Below are positions 19,156 to 28,972 of a stretch of DNA of 61,289 nucleotides, piece after piece (the first letter of the stretch is position 1; every line of letters starts with the position of its first letter). The DNA is from Bdellovibrionales bacterium (lineage in GTDB: Bacteria; Bdellovibrionota; Bdellovibrionia; Bdellovibrionales; UBA1609). Made by a program: the position numbers and the translations under genes. The stretch covers positions 1-61,289 of the forward strand of contig SKLV01000004.1 of assembly GCA_007121385.1 (NCBI GenBank), in the 5' to 3' direction. Under the pieces are notes generated by a model that saw only the letters and a program-made list of their open reading frames with translations, ran no database searches and was not told the origin of the DNA.

Positions 19156-20058
19156 TTAAAGCAAAAATCGTTTTAAGGTTTTTTGGGTTTCCACGGGCTG
19201 GAAGCGGCCATCCATCTGTTGCAGGCCGGAGGCCGCATAGAGATCATCGTGGGTGTAAAAGACCAGCCATTTTTCCTTCAGAGCCCGCTGGTAAATCTGG
19301 GCCTTCTCATCAATCAGCTGTTCGGGAAAGCGATCATAGCCCATGGTGATGGGGAGATGAACCCAGTGGGTGCCGGGGATTAAGTCTCCCGCATAAAAGA
19401 CGGACCTCTCAGTGCCGTGAAAAAGGCTGTGCATCTGTCCCGGTGTGTGACCCTGGCTGTAAATAAACTCCAGGCGCTCATGAAGCTCGGTAGGCAAGAG
19501 TCCCTGAGGGGCCCGGCCGCCCTGAATCAAACTCAGGCGACCACTCTCTTTCAACTTATCCCTCAGGCCCGGGATAAAGGAGGCCCTGTCTCTGGAGTGG
19601 GGGTGAGTGGCTCTCTCCCAGGCCTCCTGACCCACTAGGTATTGGGCTTTGGGAAAGAGGAGGCGATCTTTCCCCTGCTGGATTTCCTGGTAGGTGGGTA
19701 ACAGCCCGCCAGCGTGGTCAAAATGAAGGTGGGATAAAATGACATAGTCAATGTCCTCTTCTCCAAGACCCAAGGCGTCCAAGTTTTCCAACAGCTTATG
19801 GCTTTGAGGATCTTCGACTCCAAAGCGCTCGGCCAGTTTGGGTTCAAAAAAAGCCCCGATGCCGGTTTCGCAGAGTAAAGTTTTCCCATAGGCCTCAATT
19901 AAAAGTGCTCGGCAGGCCAGCAAGATTCGACCCTGTTGATCTGGCGAAGTCCACCTTTCCCAAAGAGCCCTGGGGGCATTGCCAAACATGGCTCCTCCAT
20001 CCAGGCGCTGCCGGTTGCCTTCCACGGAGCTAATAAGGACATCAGAATTCTTGTGCAT
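19156..20058 (-). CDS. MBL-fold metallo-hydrolase (YtnP-like)
   Basis: LDGGAMFG, SHLHFDHAGG, GHTPG, AGDL. Confidence 0.9.
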   Translation of the reverse strand: MHKNSDVLISSVEGNRQRLDGGAMFGNAPRALWERWTSPDQQGRILLACRALLIEAYGKTLLCETGIGAFFEPKLAERFGVEDPQSHKLLENLDALGLGEEDIDYVILSHLHFDHAGGLLPTYQEIQQGKDRLLFPKAQYLVGQEAWERATHPHSRDRASFIPGLRDKLKESGRLSLIQGGRAPQGLLPTELHERLEFIYSQGHTPGQMHSLFHGTERSVFYAGDLIPGTHWVHLPITMGYDRFPEQLIDEKAQIYQRALKEKWLVFYTHDDLYAASGLQQMDGRFQPVETQKTLKRFLL

Positions 20059-20120
20059 GGCAAATTTTTACCACCTAAAAGCGCAAAGTAAACCGTTAAA
20101 AGATCTCAACACTTTAGGCC

Positions 20121-20149
20121 TTGCCCCTCTTTGAATGATGCGCCATATT
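20121..20149 (+). promoter_or_regulatory. Putative sigma70-type promoter of dps
   Basis: TTGCCC-N17-CATATT upstream of the AAGGAG SD. Confidence 0.45.
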
Positions 20150-20172
20150 GACCTTTAAACGGAAGGAGTTTT

Positions 20173-20643
20173 ATGCAGCCCAATATTGGAATCAAGGAAT
20201 CAGATCGTAAGTCTATTGTTGAAGGCCTGAGCCGGGTCCTGGCCGATAGCTACACTTTGTATTTAAAAACACATAATTTTCACTGGAATGTCACCGGGCC
20301 CATGTTTCAAACTCTGCATGCCATGTTTGAGGAGCAGTACACTGAGTTGGCTACGGCTGTGGATGATATAGCTGAGAGAATTCGAGCTCTTGGCGAGTTT
20401 GCCCCCGGCTCCTACAAGGACTTTGCCCTGCTGAGCTCGGTGAAAGAGGCCGAGGGAGTTCCTCCAGCTCGCAAGATGATTGAAGAGCTTTTAGAGGCCC
20501 ATGAAACCGTGATTCGCACTTCTCGAGATGTGCTTCCCCATGCGGACCAAGCCAATGACGAGGCCACTTTGGATCTGCTCACTCAGCGCATCCAGCTTCA
20601 TGAAAAGACGGCCTGGATGCTCCGCAGCCTTCTTGAGGACTAA
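20173..20643 (+). CDS. dps: Dps DNA-protection protein
   Basis: [35 protein letters not shown]. Confidence 0.96.
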   Translation: MQPNIGIKESDRKSIVEGLSRVLADSYTLYLKTHNFHWNVTGPMFQTLHAMFEEQYTELATAVDDIAERIRALGEFAPGSYKDFALLSSVKEAEGVPPARKMIEELLEAHETVIRTSRDVLPHADQANDEATLDLLTQRIQLHEKTAWMLRSLLED

Positions 20644-21680
20644 AAGGGACCGGGGGCCTTGAGAGGTAGAGGTTGCAGTGCGACTAGGCTGCGACCAGTG
20701 GACTGCCGCTGTAACATTCTCTCTGCGGCCTCAGGAATTTGCTCTAAGGAGAGGGTTTGGGAAACCAGGCCCTCTAAGTTTTTAGGTTTCCACTCCGAAG
20801 CTAGGAGTTCCCAAATTTTAAGCCGCAGAGGTCGAGGGGTGTTGTTGGAGCTAATACCTAAAAAACTGACTCCCCTTAAGATCATCGGCATGACAGAACA
20901 GTGGAGTTCTGATCCACCGGCCAAGCCCACACAGGCAATATTACCCCACAGATCAACATGGCGACTGAGGCCAGCCAAGAGCTCTCCGCCCACATTATCG
21001 ATGGCTCCCGCATAGCGAGCCCTTTCCAGGGGGCGAGAGCCCAAGTGGAGCTCTCCTGGAGAGAGGACCTTGGTCGCTCCCAGTTCCATAAGAAAATTGG
21101 ACATATCTGCCTTTCCAGACACCGCAATCACTTCATAGCCCCTTTGGGCCAAAAGGCCAGTGGCCAAGCTGCCCACACCTCCGCTGGCTCCTGTCACCAC
21201 CACGGGGCCTTGTTCAGGTCTCTGCCCATTTTGCTCCATTCGGTAGAGGCTGAGTGCCGCAGTGAATCCGGCGGTCCCTAGAATCATGGCTAGGCGAGTA
21301 TCTAAGCCCTGGGGAATGGGCACCACCGAAGTGGCCGGCACTCTCACTATTTCCGCATAGCCCCCATCTTGATCCTCTCCCAGTCCACAGCCTGTGACCA
21401 AAACCTTTTGCCCTGGTGAGTATTCAGCAGACTGGGACTCCACCACCTCTCCAGACACATCAATTCCCGGAACCAAGGGCAGTTTTTTTAGTATGGGTGC
21501 TCGACCTGTGACGGCCAGAGCATCCTTGTAGTTGAGGCTGGAGAATTCGGTACGGATAAGAACCTCTCCCCGGCCCAAATGTTCAATGTCTATATTTTCC
21601 AAACTGACCTGCTGAGCTTGAGAGGCCTTAGATTTTTTCGGTTCTATCGAGTTAACTCGGAGAGCACGGATCTGTTTCAT
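20640..21680 (-). CDS. YhdH/AcuI-family acryloyl-CoA reductase (MDR superfamily)
   Basis: [36 protein letters not shown]. Confidence 0.9.
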   Translation of the reverse strand: MKQIRALRVNSIEPKKSKASQAQQVSLENIDIEHLGRGEVLIRTEFSSLNYKDALAVTGRAPILKKLPLVPGIDVSGEVVESQSAEYSPGQKVLVTGCGLGEDQDGGYAEIVRVPATSVVPIPQGLDTRLAMILGTAGFTAALSLYRMEQNGQRPEQGPVVVTGASGGVGSLATGLLAQRGYEVIAVSGKADMSNFLMELGATKVLSPGELHLGSRPLERARYAGAIDNVGGELLAGLSRHVDLWGNIACVGLAGGSELHCSVMPMILRGVSFLGISSNNTPRPLRLKIWELLASEWKPKNLEGLVSQTLSLEQIPEAAERMLQRQSTGRSLVALQPLPLKAPGPF

Positions 21681-21742
21681 GCTTCGGAGAATGTCTTGGC
21701 CTCGGGGCCTGTGTCAATCCCAGTTACCCAGATCAAAACAGC

Positions 21743-22801
21743 TTAATGTGAAACAAAAAAGTTTTTTTCTAGATAAACAGATCCACCCACCAGAACCTCT
21801 ACCTGATAGTGGCCGGGCATACGGCGTACCTGGGGTTGGGACTCCCGAGATTGGAGTTGGTGGCCTGTGGGGAGGGTAATGCTCCATTCGTAAAGTAATT
21901 CCCCACCATCCTCTTGGGGGACCTTAGCCTCTAGAGTGAGCTCTCTTGCCGATTGGCTCAAGGGAATATGAAGTTGGAGCTGGGAGGCCTGAGTGACTTG
22001 GTGGATCACAGATTCAAAGGCCTGGCTGGCTTGAGAAGGGGAGAGGGGCAATCTCGGGGCCTCGTCTTCATCAAGGGGAAAAAAACTGGAGTCAAGGGGA
22101 TGGGATCTCCAATCACAGTGGACATGGGAACGATAGAGCTGAAAAAAACTGGCCCCCCAAGCCAGACAGAGCTGAGCCAGTTCTCTCAGTTCAACTCCAG
22201 GAGAATAAAAGTCCAAAGCATCTCCATAGGTGTGCCGTGACCAGCGCGCCCCACCAATGCGAAAATTATGACCGGGGTTTCTGTAGGCACTGGTGACGAT
22301 CATGGGATTTCCCAAAGATTCCCGAATAAGCTCAATTCGATCTAAGGCGGGAGCTGAGTACAGACCAAAGCGTCCTCGATGAGGCCAAATCAGTTCGGAG
22401 ATTTTAAAGTGGGGGGAGAGCTGCAAATAGTGGGGCCAACGGGAAGCATCTAGAACTCTTGATGGAGGACGATACTGTTGGGGATCAAAGCTTGGGGGAA
22501 AGTCTTCATCCATGAGGGGATCTAAGTAAAGGTAGTCTTGAGGGTTTTCAGGCAACTCGTCCAGTTCCAGAACCTCAAGACAAAGTCCTTCTCCAGACGA
22601 ACCGGGATAGCAGGCGTAGTGAATGGGGAGTGTAGGGGTCTTAGGGTGTTTGGCATCAGGGACTCGCACCTCCTCTTGCTCACCCTGTAGGCCAGAGATC
22701 TGTTCTTTTGGGATAAGAGGTCCACAGTGAATTAAAAGCCCACCCAGGAGGATGAGCACAGAGCCTTTGACAATGGTCATAAAAAAATTATTGTTCTCCA
22801 T
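21743..22801 (-). CDS. Peptidase M15A (Zn D-Ala-D-Ala carboxypeptidase-like), probable lipoprotein
   Basis: SAYRNPGHN..GGA..SRH..GDALD and HVHCD motifs; N-terminal hydrophobic stretch ending LIHC. Confidence 0.82.
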   Translation of the reverse strand: MENNNFFMTIVKGSVLILLGGLLIHCGPLIPKEQISGLQGEQEEVRVPDAKHPKTPTLPIHYACYPGSSGEGLCLEVLELDELPENPQDYLYLDPLMDEDFPPSFDPQQYRPPSRVLDASRWPHYLQLSPHFKISELIWPHRGRFGLYSAPALDRIELIRESLGNPMIVTSAYRNPGHNFRIGGARWSRHTYGDALDFYSPGVELRELAQLCLAWGASFFQLYRSHVHCDWRSHPLDSSFFPLDEDEAPRLPLSPSQASQAFESVIHQVTQASQLQLHIPLSQSARELTLEAKVPQEDGGELLYEWSITLPTGHQLQSRESQPQVRRMPGHYQVEVLVGGSVYLEKNFFVSH

Positions 22802-22880
22802 AATGAGAGGGACAAGTTGGAGGGCTTTTTAGGTCCCTCCTGTCCTAAGAATATGGACCATGGTCCTGAAAGAGGTCTTT

Positions 22881-23465
22881 ATGAAGGGGTTAGAAGAAGC
22901 TCAGTTTGACGGCAAAGCTCTAGCGCAATTGATGCGATCTCGGCGAACTGTTCACAGTTATCGTAAAGCGGAGCCGGATCGCTCCCTCATTGAGCGGGCT
23001 CTGGAGTTGGCCCTCTGGTCTCCCAATCATCGCTCTACGGCCCCTTGGCGTTTCGTCTGGGTGGGGAGCCAGACTCGGGAAAAGTTAGCGCACTTAGCTG
23101 TGGAGCTAAAAGAAAAAGAGGGCAATTTGAGTGAGGCCAAAAAAAAGGCAGTCTATCAGAAAATTTTGGAGCCTGCGGCCCTAGTGGTTCTTGGCTGCCT
23201 TCGTGATCCCGACCCTTTGGTGGAGAGAGAAAATTACGCCTCTGTGGCCTGTGGAGTGCAAAATGCCAGTCTTTATCTGTGGTCTCAAGGCTTGGGGACC
23301 AAGTGGGGCACGGGGGCTCTCACTCGCCACCCCCAAGTCTATAAGTGGATGAATCTAGACCCTCAAAAAGTGGAGATGGTGGGCTTTTTTTGGATAGGAC
23401 CCTTTGACTCCTCGCCTAAGCCCCCGCCCCGGCCTCCTCTCAGCCAGCTTTTGTCAGAGGTCTGA
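22881..23465 (+). CDS. Nitroreductase-family protein (YdjA-like)
   Basis: RSRRTV, WSPNHRSTAPWRF, GLGTKWGTG. ATG 22881 follows GAGG; ATG 22860 is an alternative. Confidence 0.85.
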   Translation: MKGLEEAQFDGKALAQLMRSRRTVHSYRKAEPDRSLIERALELALWSPNHRSTAPWRFVWVGSQTREKLAHLAVELKEKEGNLSEAKKKAVYQKILEPAALVVLGCLRDPDPLVERENYASVACGVQNASLYLWSQGLGTKWGTGALTRHPQVYKWMNLDPQKVEMVGFFWIGPFDSSPKPPPRPPLSQLLSEV

Positions 23466-23828
23466 GCGTCTCAGTCTCTGCATTGCTTGAAGAGGGGAGG
23501 GTATCTCATTCAGCTGGCTCTGAGTTTGAGTCCAAAAATTCTCTAGAGAGAGAGGCTTTTTTTTGAGACCCCAAAGGATTTCTAAGGTTGGAGAGGTTTT
23601 CCAGCTTAACTGGCGACGGCCCATCTTCAACTCAAAGGCGGACCTGGGAAGGGCACTGAGGCGGACTCCTTCGGGTGAAGGGGCTTCATCTAGACCTAAG
23701 GCCAAGCCCTTTTGGTCTAAGGTGGCACAAATGAGAAAGCCCGCCCAATCCACTCCCACTCCCAGCTGGGGCCAACTTCGTTCAGAGTTAGGTTTGGCTT
23801 CGCGGTTGATCTCCACTTGCATGGGCAT
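23454..23828 (-). CDS. Hypothetical protein
   Basis: 124-aa ORF with AGGAG SD, filling the gap downstream of the DUF2914 gene. Confidence 0.55.
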   Translation of the reverse strand: MPMQVEINREAKPNSERSWPQLGVGVDWAGFLICATLDQKGLALGLDEAPSPEGVRLSALPRSAFELKMGRRQLSWKTSPTLEILWGLKKKPLSLENFWTQTQSQLNEIPSPLQAMQRLRRSDL

Positions 23829-23885
23829 TCTCTTTCTCCTAAAAAGTGAACATTTTCCTTAGCATAGTCCCTGTCAAAGAGTGGA

Positions 23886-25025
23886 TCAATGAACTTCTGT
23901 TCGCCAGTAGCGTCGAATAGTCGTATCTGACTCAGGGTCGTCATCTCTATAAAGAGGGCTGCGGAGGATACGAAAGCCAATGCGGCCAATTTCTCTTTGA
24001 TCTGGGGTCAAAACTCTCACTCGCCAGCGACCCATTTGGTAGTTACTCTTAAAACCAAAGCCTCGAAAGCCCTCCTCTCGACCTCCTAAGATTTGAATGG
24101 GAATTCGATCTGTGGTGTGCCAAACTCCATCTTCGCCCAGGAACTCCCAGTTCATATGGACATTCCCTCTAAAGCCAGAAGGGGAAAACAGGCGAAAGAA
24201 CACATGAACTCGATCTCCTGGAAGGGCGTAAAATCGTTGATCACCTCGGTGCCAAAATCTCCACCATGGCCGTTGGTGATAAAGAACATACTGGTCTTCT
24301 TGGCGTTCGACCTGGTGAAAGACTCCCATGTACTGAATGGAGAGGGGGACAGGGGGAATCCAACGCATTAAGTACAGCCCCAGAAAAAGTACGAACACCG
24401 CAAAAACGGGTCCCAGGACCTGGACAAGGACCTCTCGGGTTGTTCGTCGCCAGTAGAGAATGAGGGCTAAGAAGCTCAATGGGATTAGGCCTACAAAAAG
24501 AGAAAGGAGAAAGACCCAAAAGCCGATGCTTCCAAGAGCAATAGGGACCATATAGGTGGCATAGGAAAACCAACAGAGGCTGAGAAGGGACATCTTTATC
24601 TTCAGTCCCAAGGCACGAAACTGGCTGAGCTCATTGGCCAAGAGCAGTAAAAATATAATCAGTAAAAAACCAAAGGACACCACGAGAGAGGCACTTTTAA
24701 AGTAAAATATCGTATAGGCACTCAACAGGCTTCCAAAGCAAAAGTGCAAGGCCAGTGGACGAGCTGACCAAACCTTGTGGACCATCCATCTTGAGGGTTC
24801 GGGGGTGGGCCAGATCTCCATAAAGCTGAGCATTAAGAGTGTGGCTAGAGACAGGTAACCAAGCTGTGAAAAAATGGCAAAGGGACTGTCTATGCGATCT
24901 AAAGTGATGAGATCGAAGATCACCCCACCAATAAAAAATAAAACAGGAAAAATCCTATTCCAGTCAATTCGTCGCCAAAAGGAAGGCGGTGGGTTTTGAT
25001 CAACTATTTCCGGAATTTGATCCAT
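23886..25025 (-). CDS. Membrane protein with C-terminal DUF2914-like domain
   Basis: Multi-TM N-terminus (DLITLDRID; LLSAYTIFYFKS); C-terminal GGREEGFRG..GRWRVRV. Confidence 0.75.
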   Translation of the reverse strand: MDQIPEIVDQNPPPSFWRRIDWNRIFPVLFFIGGVIFDLITLDRIDSPFAIFSQLGYLSLATLLMLSFMEIWPTPEPSRWMVHKVWSARPLALHFCFGSLLSAYTIFYFKSASLVVSFGFLLIIFLLLLANELSQFRALGLKIKMSLLSLCWFSYATYMVPIALGSIGFWVFLLSLFVGLIPLSFLALILYWRRTTREVLVQVLGPVFAVFVLFLGLYLMRWIPPVPLSIQYMGVFHQVERQEDQYVLYHQRPWWRFWHRGDQRFYALPGDRVHVFFRLFSPSGFRGNVHMNWEFLGEDGVWHTTDRIPIQILGGREEGFRGFGFKSNYQMGRWRVRVLTPDQREIGRIGFRILRSPLYRDDDPESDTTIRRYWRTEVH

Positions 25026-25135
25026 AGGAAGTTGAGTTTACATTTGAAGCGCTGATCTTGCAGCCAGTCTAGAGTCTTGATTTTGTCTGGTCCATAAAGG
25101 ACTGGTCTTCAGTAGGAAAGGAATTTCTGAGAAGG

Positions 25136-25162
25136 TAGAGAGGTAATGCGTAAAGCCGATAA
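25136..25162 (+). promoter_or_regulatory. Sigma28 (FliA)-type promoter
   Basis: TAGA-N15-GCCGATAA versus consensus TAAA-N15-GCCGATAA. Confidence 0.6.
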
Positions 25163-25178
25163 AGAGATGGGGGTATCA

Positions 25179-25859
25179 ATGCGTCAGTGGAAAAAACTTA
25201 TTTTCTTAGGGATTGTGTTTTTGATCACTCCATCCACCTGGGCCCAGATGGCTCCCCGGCCCAATATGCAGATGCGGGGGGTGGCAGGAAGTTTAGGGGG
25301 AGGTTACACGGACTTTTATGTTTCCTCACCCTCAGCCAATTTTAAGATGGATAGGGGTGTATTTCTGGCCGGTGCTGGGGAGAGGGCCTTTGACTTTTTG
25401 AACCTGTATATGACTTTCACGCTTAGCATGATGATCGCAGAGGGCATGACCAATTATGATTATACGACTTTAAGTGGGCAAAATTACACTGAGACCGATG
25501 TGCAATTTCGCAGCAATATGCTAGAAGCCAATTTAGGGTTAAAATTCAAGCTCATTGACAATTACTGGGTCCGTCCCTATGCAGAAGCTGGTGGTATCGG
25601 AGGCTATCACGAGGTGAGCTACACCAGTAAGCTGAGCCAACTGGCCGCCCAGGGCCCTGATTTTAAGAGAAAAGATGCAATTATGGGAGCTGGCTGGTAT
25701 CAAGAGTTTGGACTAGAAGTGGATTTTAGTGAGGCTTTTGGGATCAAGGTGGCCGCACGATTCTCAGAGGTCGAGACGAAAAAGCTGGAAACTCTGGCCA
25801 ACCAGCCGATTCGTTTCAAGGCGGAGACTTACTATCTCTCCGCTCTGCGAAGCTTTTAG
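25179..25859 (+). CDS. Small outer-membrane beta-barrel protein
   Basis: Signal peptide ending TWA, alternating beta-strands (RPYAEAGG, FGLEVDF), terminal Phe; start set downstream of the sigma28 motif. Confidence 0.75.
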   Translation: MRQWKKLIFLGIVFLITPSTWAQMAPRPNMQMRGVAGSLGGGYTDFYVSSPSANFKMDRGVFLAGAGERAFDFLNLYMTFTLSMMIAEGMTNYDYTTLSGQNYTETDVQFRSNMLEANLGLKFKLIDNYWVRPYAEAGGIGGYHEVSYTSKLSQLAAQGPDFKRKDAIMGAGWYQEFGLEVDFSEAFGIKVAARFSEVETKKLETLANQPIRFKAETYYLSALRSF

Positions 25860-26038
25860 CGAGCAGAGCGTTTTCGGGCATAGCGATAATCGTATCTCAT
25901 ATAGAGAATCACCACGCCAGCGAGGGTTAGAGCCAAGACACTCAGTTTAAGTATGGCGCTTTCAGGTACAGAAGTACTTACCAGCCAGGCGCCAGCCAGC
26001 AGAGCAAAGGGCTTGAGTTCATAAAAAAGAGTAGGCAT
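25856..26038 (-). CDS. Small two-TM membrane protein (60 aa)
   Basis: Strong AAGGAGG SD before ATG 26038; two hydrophobic helices and a basic tail. Confidence 0.65.
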   Translation of the reverse strand: MPTLFYELKPFALLAGAWLVSTSVPESAILKLSVLALTLAGVVILYMRYDYRYARKRSAR

Positions 26039-26103
26039 CTTTATATCCTCCTTTTGAAACAGTTTATAATGAGTCAGAAAAAATTGAAAAAAAATCTGTT
26101 TAC

Positions 26104-26122
26104 ATATCTCAAATTGAGACAT
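26104..26122. promoter_or_regulatory. Palindromic operator-like site ATATCTCA-AAT-TGAGACAT
   Basis: Near-perfect inverted repeat in a divergent intergenic region; same core as 44242..44260. Confidence 0.5.
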
Positions 26123-26175
26123 TATCTGAAAAAAGATTAGACAGAAGCTTCGGTTTTTAGCCTTTGAGGAAAACA

Positions 26176-26889
26176 ATGTTTTTAGAGAAACCAGTTTGTT
26201 TAGGTCCCCTTGAGGTTTTGCAAAGTGGACCTTTAAAAAAAGAATCTGGGGGTGCCCAGCCCCTGAATTTAGTGTTGTTTCATGGCTATGGAGCCAATTG
26301 CCATGACCTGTACCCTCTTCATCGGGAAGTGAGACTTCGGGGAGAGGTCCAGTGGACTTTCCCCAATGGTCCATTGGAGATAGAAATTGCTCCGGGTTTT
26401 TCAGGCCGGGCTTGGTTTCCCATCGATGTGCAGGAGCATGAAAGAGCCCAGCGCTTGGGGCAGCAGGTGGACTATTCTCAAAAGAGTTCAGCTCGCATGC
26501 ATTCAGCGCGAGACAAGGCTTTGAGTATGCTTAAGGAGTTAAACTGTCCTTTGGATCGACTGGTTTTGGGGGGATTTAGTCAGGGAGCTATGCTCGCTAT
26601 GGAGCTGACGCTCAGCCTCCCTCAGCCGCCCCTGGGGGTGGTATTGCTTTCGGGGACCTTGGTGGATCAACCCAATTGGTCGGGTAAGGCTAAACATTTT
26701 CCTGGCCTGCGATTCTTTCAGAGCCATGGAAAACGAGATCCCATTTTGCCCCATGAGGGAGCCCAAAAGCTGGAGGGGGTTTTAAAGGCCTCTGGCTGGG
26801 AGGGGGAATTGGTTTCCTTTAATGGGGGCCATGAGATCCCCTTTACAGTGCTTCAGTCGCTCTCAGACTTTTTGCAATCTCTCAGTTGA
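26176..26889 (+). CDS. Phospholipase/carboxylesterase (alpha/beta hydrolase)
   Basis: LFHGYGA, GGFSQG nucleophile motif, HGKRDPIL, GGHEI; GAGGA SD. Confidence 0.9.
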   Translation: MFLEKPVCLGPLEVLQSGPLKKESGGAQPLNLVLFHGYGANCHDLYPLHREVRLRGEVQWTFPNGPLEIEIAPGFSGRAWFPIDVQEHERAQRLGQQVDYSQKSSARMHSARDKALSMLKELNCPLDRLVLGGFSQGAMLAMELTLSLPQPPLGVVLLSGTLVDQPNWSGKAKHFPGLRFFQSHGKRDPILPHEGAQKLEGVLKASGWEGELVSFNGGHEIPFTVLQSLSDFLQSLS

Positions 26890-26906
26890 GACTACCGGAT
26901 GAAACA

Positions 26907-28079
26907 CTAGAGATTGTCGTAGTCCACCTGAACTCTTCGTGAAAGAGGGCGGGCTTGGCAGGTAAGAGCCTCGCAAGCGGAGATATTTTCTTCTGTGAGA
27001 ATGCCGGGATCATCTTGGACCACACGGCCTTCAATCACCTTGGCCATACAGGCCATGCAGGCTCCCTCCATACAGGAGTAGGGAGGGTTGAAGCCCGCAT
27101 TGATCAAGGTTTCCAAGATAGACTCATCCGGGTTGGCAGTCACTTCACAGGTCTCCCCATTGAGGAGGGCCACAATGACTTGGGGCTGCTCACCAGGAAC
27201 CTTGGGCTGGCCAATGTAGGTGAGATCCTCATCCTCTACTTCATCCTCAACCTGGGAGCTTGGAGTTGCCGAGGCGGATGCGGGCGGCATGGGCAATCCA
27301 AAGCTTTCTATATGGATCAGCTCCGGCTTCACCTTATGAATTTGAGTCAGTTGCTCACGAATGAGCTCCATAAAGGAGGTGGGACCGCAGAGGTAGTGTT
27401 CCTCGGGCAGTTGGCCTGACGGCCCGGAGAGGTTTTTCCCCCTGGCCTCTGAGATGAGCTGGGTTAGGATTCTCTCGTCTACCCGTCCTTGAGCCCCTGC
27501 CCAGGCCGATGAGGGCTGGCTGAGTTGATGAACCAAGGTGAAGCGGTCTCCATGTTTGCTTTTCCAGTCTTCCAGCTCCTGACGATAGATAATGTTGTCT
27601 TCACCACGGTTGCAGTACAGAAGGGTAACCTGATTTTGCGGGTTCATGGAAATCACTGTTTTGAGAATTGAAAAAATAGGAGTGATACCACTGCCGCCGG
27701 CGTAGAGAAAATAATGGCGGGGCTGCAAATCAGCAGGCATTTTAAAAAACTGACCTTGAGGAGGTGTTGTCTTTAAGGTCTCTCCTTCTTTTATTCGATC
27801 AACTAAAAAAGTCGACCCCTTGCCCTTGGGGACTCTTTTTATGGTGACTTTAAACTCTGAGTCCACAAGAGGTGTGGTGCTCAAAGAGTAACTGCGTTTA
27901 ATCTCTTCACCGTCAATGTCCATAAAAAAAGTAACAAATTGTCCCGGCTTATAATTGAATTCAGAGCGATTCTCTGGAGGTATCTCTAGCACTAGGGTGC
28001 AGGCCTCGGGAGTCTCCATAATTTTTTGGGCGACTTTGAGGGGGCGAGTGAGTTTTTCAGTGAGAGAGGAGGAAGACAT
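26907..28079 (-). CDS. FAD/NAD-binding reductase with C-terminal 2Fe-2S ferredoxin (PaaE-like)
   Basis: RSYSL, AGGSGITP, YLCGP, ESF, C-x4-C-x2-C (SCMEGACMAC) plus LTCQ. Confidence 0.9.
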   Translation of the reverse strand: MSSSSLTEKLTRPLKVAQKIMETPEACTLVLEIPPENRSEFNYKPGQFVTFFMDIDGEEIKRSYSLSTTPLVDSEFKVTIKRVPKGKGSTFLVDRIKEGETLKTTPPQGQFFKMPADLQPRHYFLYAGGSGITPIFSILKTVISMNPQNQVTLLYCNRGEDNIIYRQELEDWKSKHGDRFTLVHQLSQPSSAWAGAQGRVDERILTQLISEARGKNLSGPSGQLPEEHYLCGPTSFMELIREQLTQIHKVKPELIHIESFGLPMPPASASATPSSQVEDEVEDEDLTYIGQPKVPGEQPQVIVALLNGETCEVTANPDESILETLINAGFNPPYSCMEGACMACMAKVIEGRVVQDDPGILTEENISACEALTCQARPLSRRVQVDYDNL

Positions 28080-28103
28080 AAAACAATCTCCTTATCGCAG
28101 TTT

Positions 28104-28937
28104 TTAGGGTTTGAGAGGGTAAATTTCCGCAATGTAATGAGCCGGACCATATAAAATGGGTTGGGGGCCCTGGAAGCTCACAGTGACTTGCCCCCCAGGG
28201 AGCTGAACTTGAATGGGTTGGGGGCCTGGATGTTGTTGGCGGTGGGCCCAGGCCGCCGCAACGGCTCCTGTACCGCAGGCCAGGGTGAAATCCTCAACCC
28301 CTCGCTCAAAGCTGACAGAGTGAACAGCTTCCGGAGAGGTTTCACGGACAAAGGTCACATTGGCCCCTTCTTCACCAAAATGCGGGTGATTGCGAAGGTA
28401 TTCAGCCACGGGCTTCATTTTTTGAAAGTCAAAAGTTCCCTCGGTCTGCAAAACAATATGGGGCACTCCCGAGTCCACATAAGAGTAATTGATAGTTTGG
28501 CCGTGGCTCTCCATTTGTCCTTGAGCCTCGTGGACCTTGAGAGGGGACATCTCCACACTGACAAAGCCCCTAGGGTGGACCTGAGCCCGAATCAGTCCGG
28601 CCTGGGTTTGAAAGCAGAGGGGGTGTTGGTCCTCTGTGAGGGGGCCACTTTGTTCAGCAAACCAGCGGCTAACGCATCGGGCCGCATTGCCGCACATCTC
28701 GGCCGAGGATCCATCAGAGTTATAAAAATCCCAAATAAAATCAATATCTTGACATCCAGGCTTGACCAGAATCAAACCGTCAGAGCCAATGCCAAACTGA
28801 CGATGGCAGAGCTGGGCGGCCACTTGGGAAGGGGGGAGGTCTTGCGCCAACTCTTGCCAGGCCCTCTGACCTTCAGGGGATCTGAGGTCAGCAATCAGAA
28901 AATCATTTCCCGTGCCAGACATCTTAATGAGTTTCAT
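28104..28937 (-). CDS. dapF: Diaminopimelate epimerase
   Basis: KMSGTGNDF, NSDGSSAEMCGNAARC, ERGVEDFTLACGTG. Confidence 0.95.
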   Translation of the reverse strand: MKLIKMSGTGNDFLIADLRSPEGQRAWQELAQDLPPSQVAAQLCHRQFGIGSDGLILVKPGCQDIDFIWDFYNSDGSSAEMCGNAARCVSRWFAEQSGPLTEDQHPLCFQTQAGLIRAQVHPRGFVSVEMSPLKVHEAQGQMESHGQTINYSYVDSGVPHIVLQTEGTFDFQKMKPVAEYLRNHPHFGEEGANVTFVRETSPEAVHSVSFERGVEDFTLACGTGAVAAAWAHRQQHPGPQPIQVQLPGGQVTVSFQGPQPILYGPAHYIAEIYPLKP

Positions 28938-28943
28938 GGGGGC

Positions 28944-28972
28944 AATTTAGAGTTGGCGTCTCTGAGATGCAA
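28944..28972 (-). promoter_or_regulatory. Putative sigma70 promoter giving a leaderless dapF transcript
   Basis: Minus strand TTGCAT-N17-TAAATT-N6-ATG, with no SD. Confidence 0.55.

Noticed and set aside
20059-20100. GGCAAA-stem-CGCAAAG resembling a c-di-GMP-I riboswitch upstream of dps
   Set aside because: No GNRA loop and no convincing downstream stem; the region is explained by the MBL promoter, and the putative dps promoter lies downstream.
22810-22845. Inverted repeat GGACA..GGAGGG / CCCTCC-TGTCC between divergent genes
   Set aside because: Short and imperfect, with no second copy and no testable role evident.
26880-26892. TCTCA-GT-TGAGA as another copy of the palindrome
   Set aside because: Spacer is 2 bp rather than 3, and it overlaps a stop codon between convergent genes.
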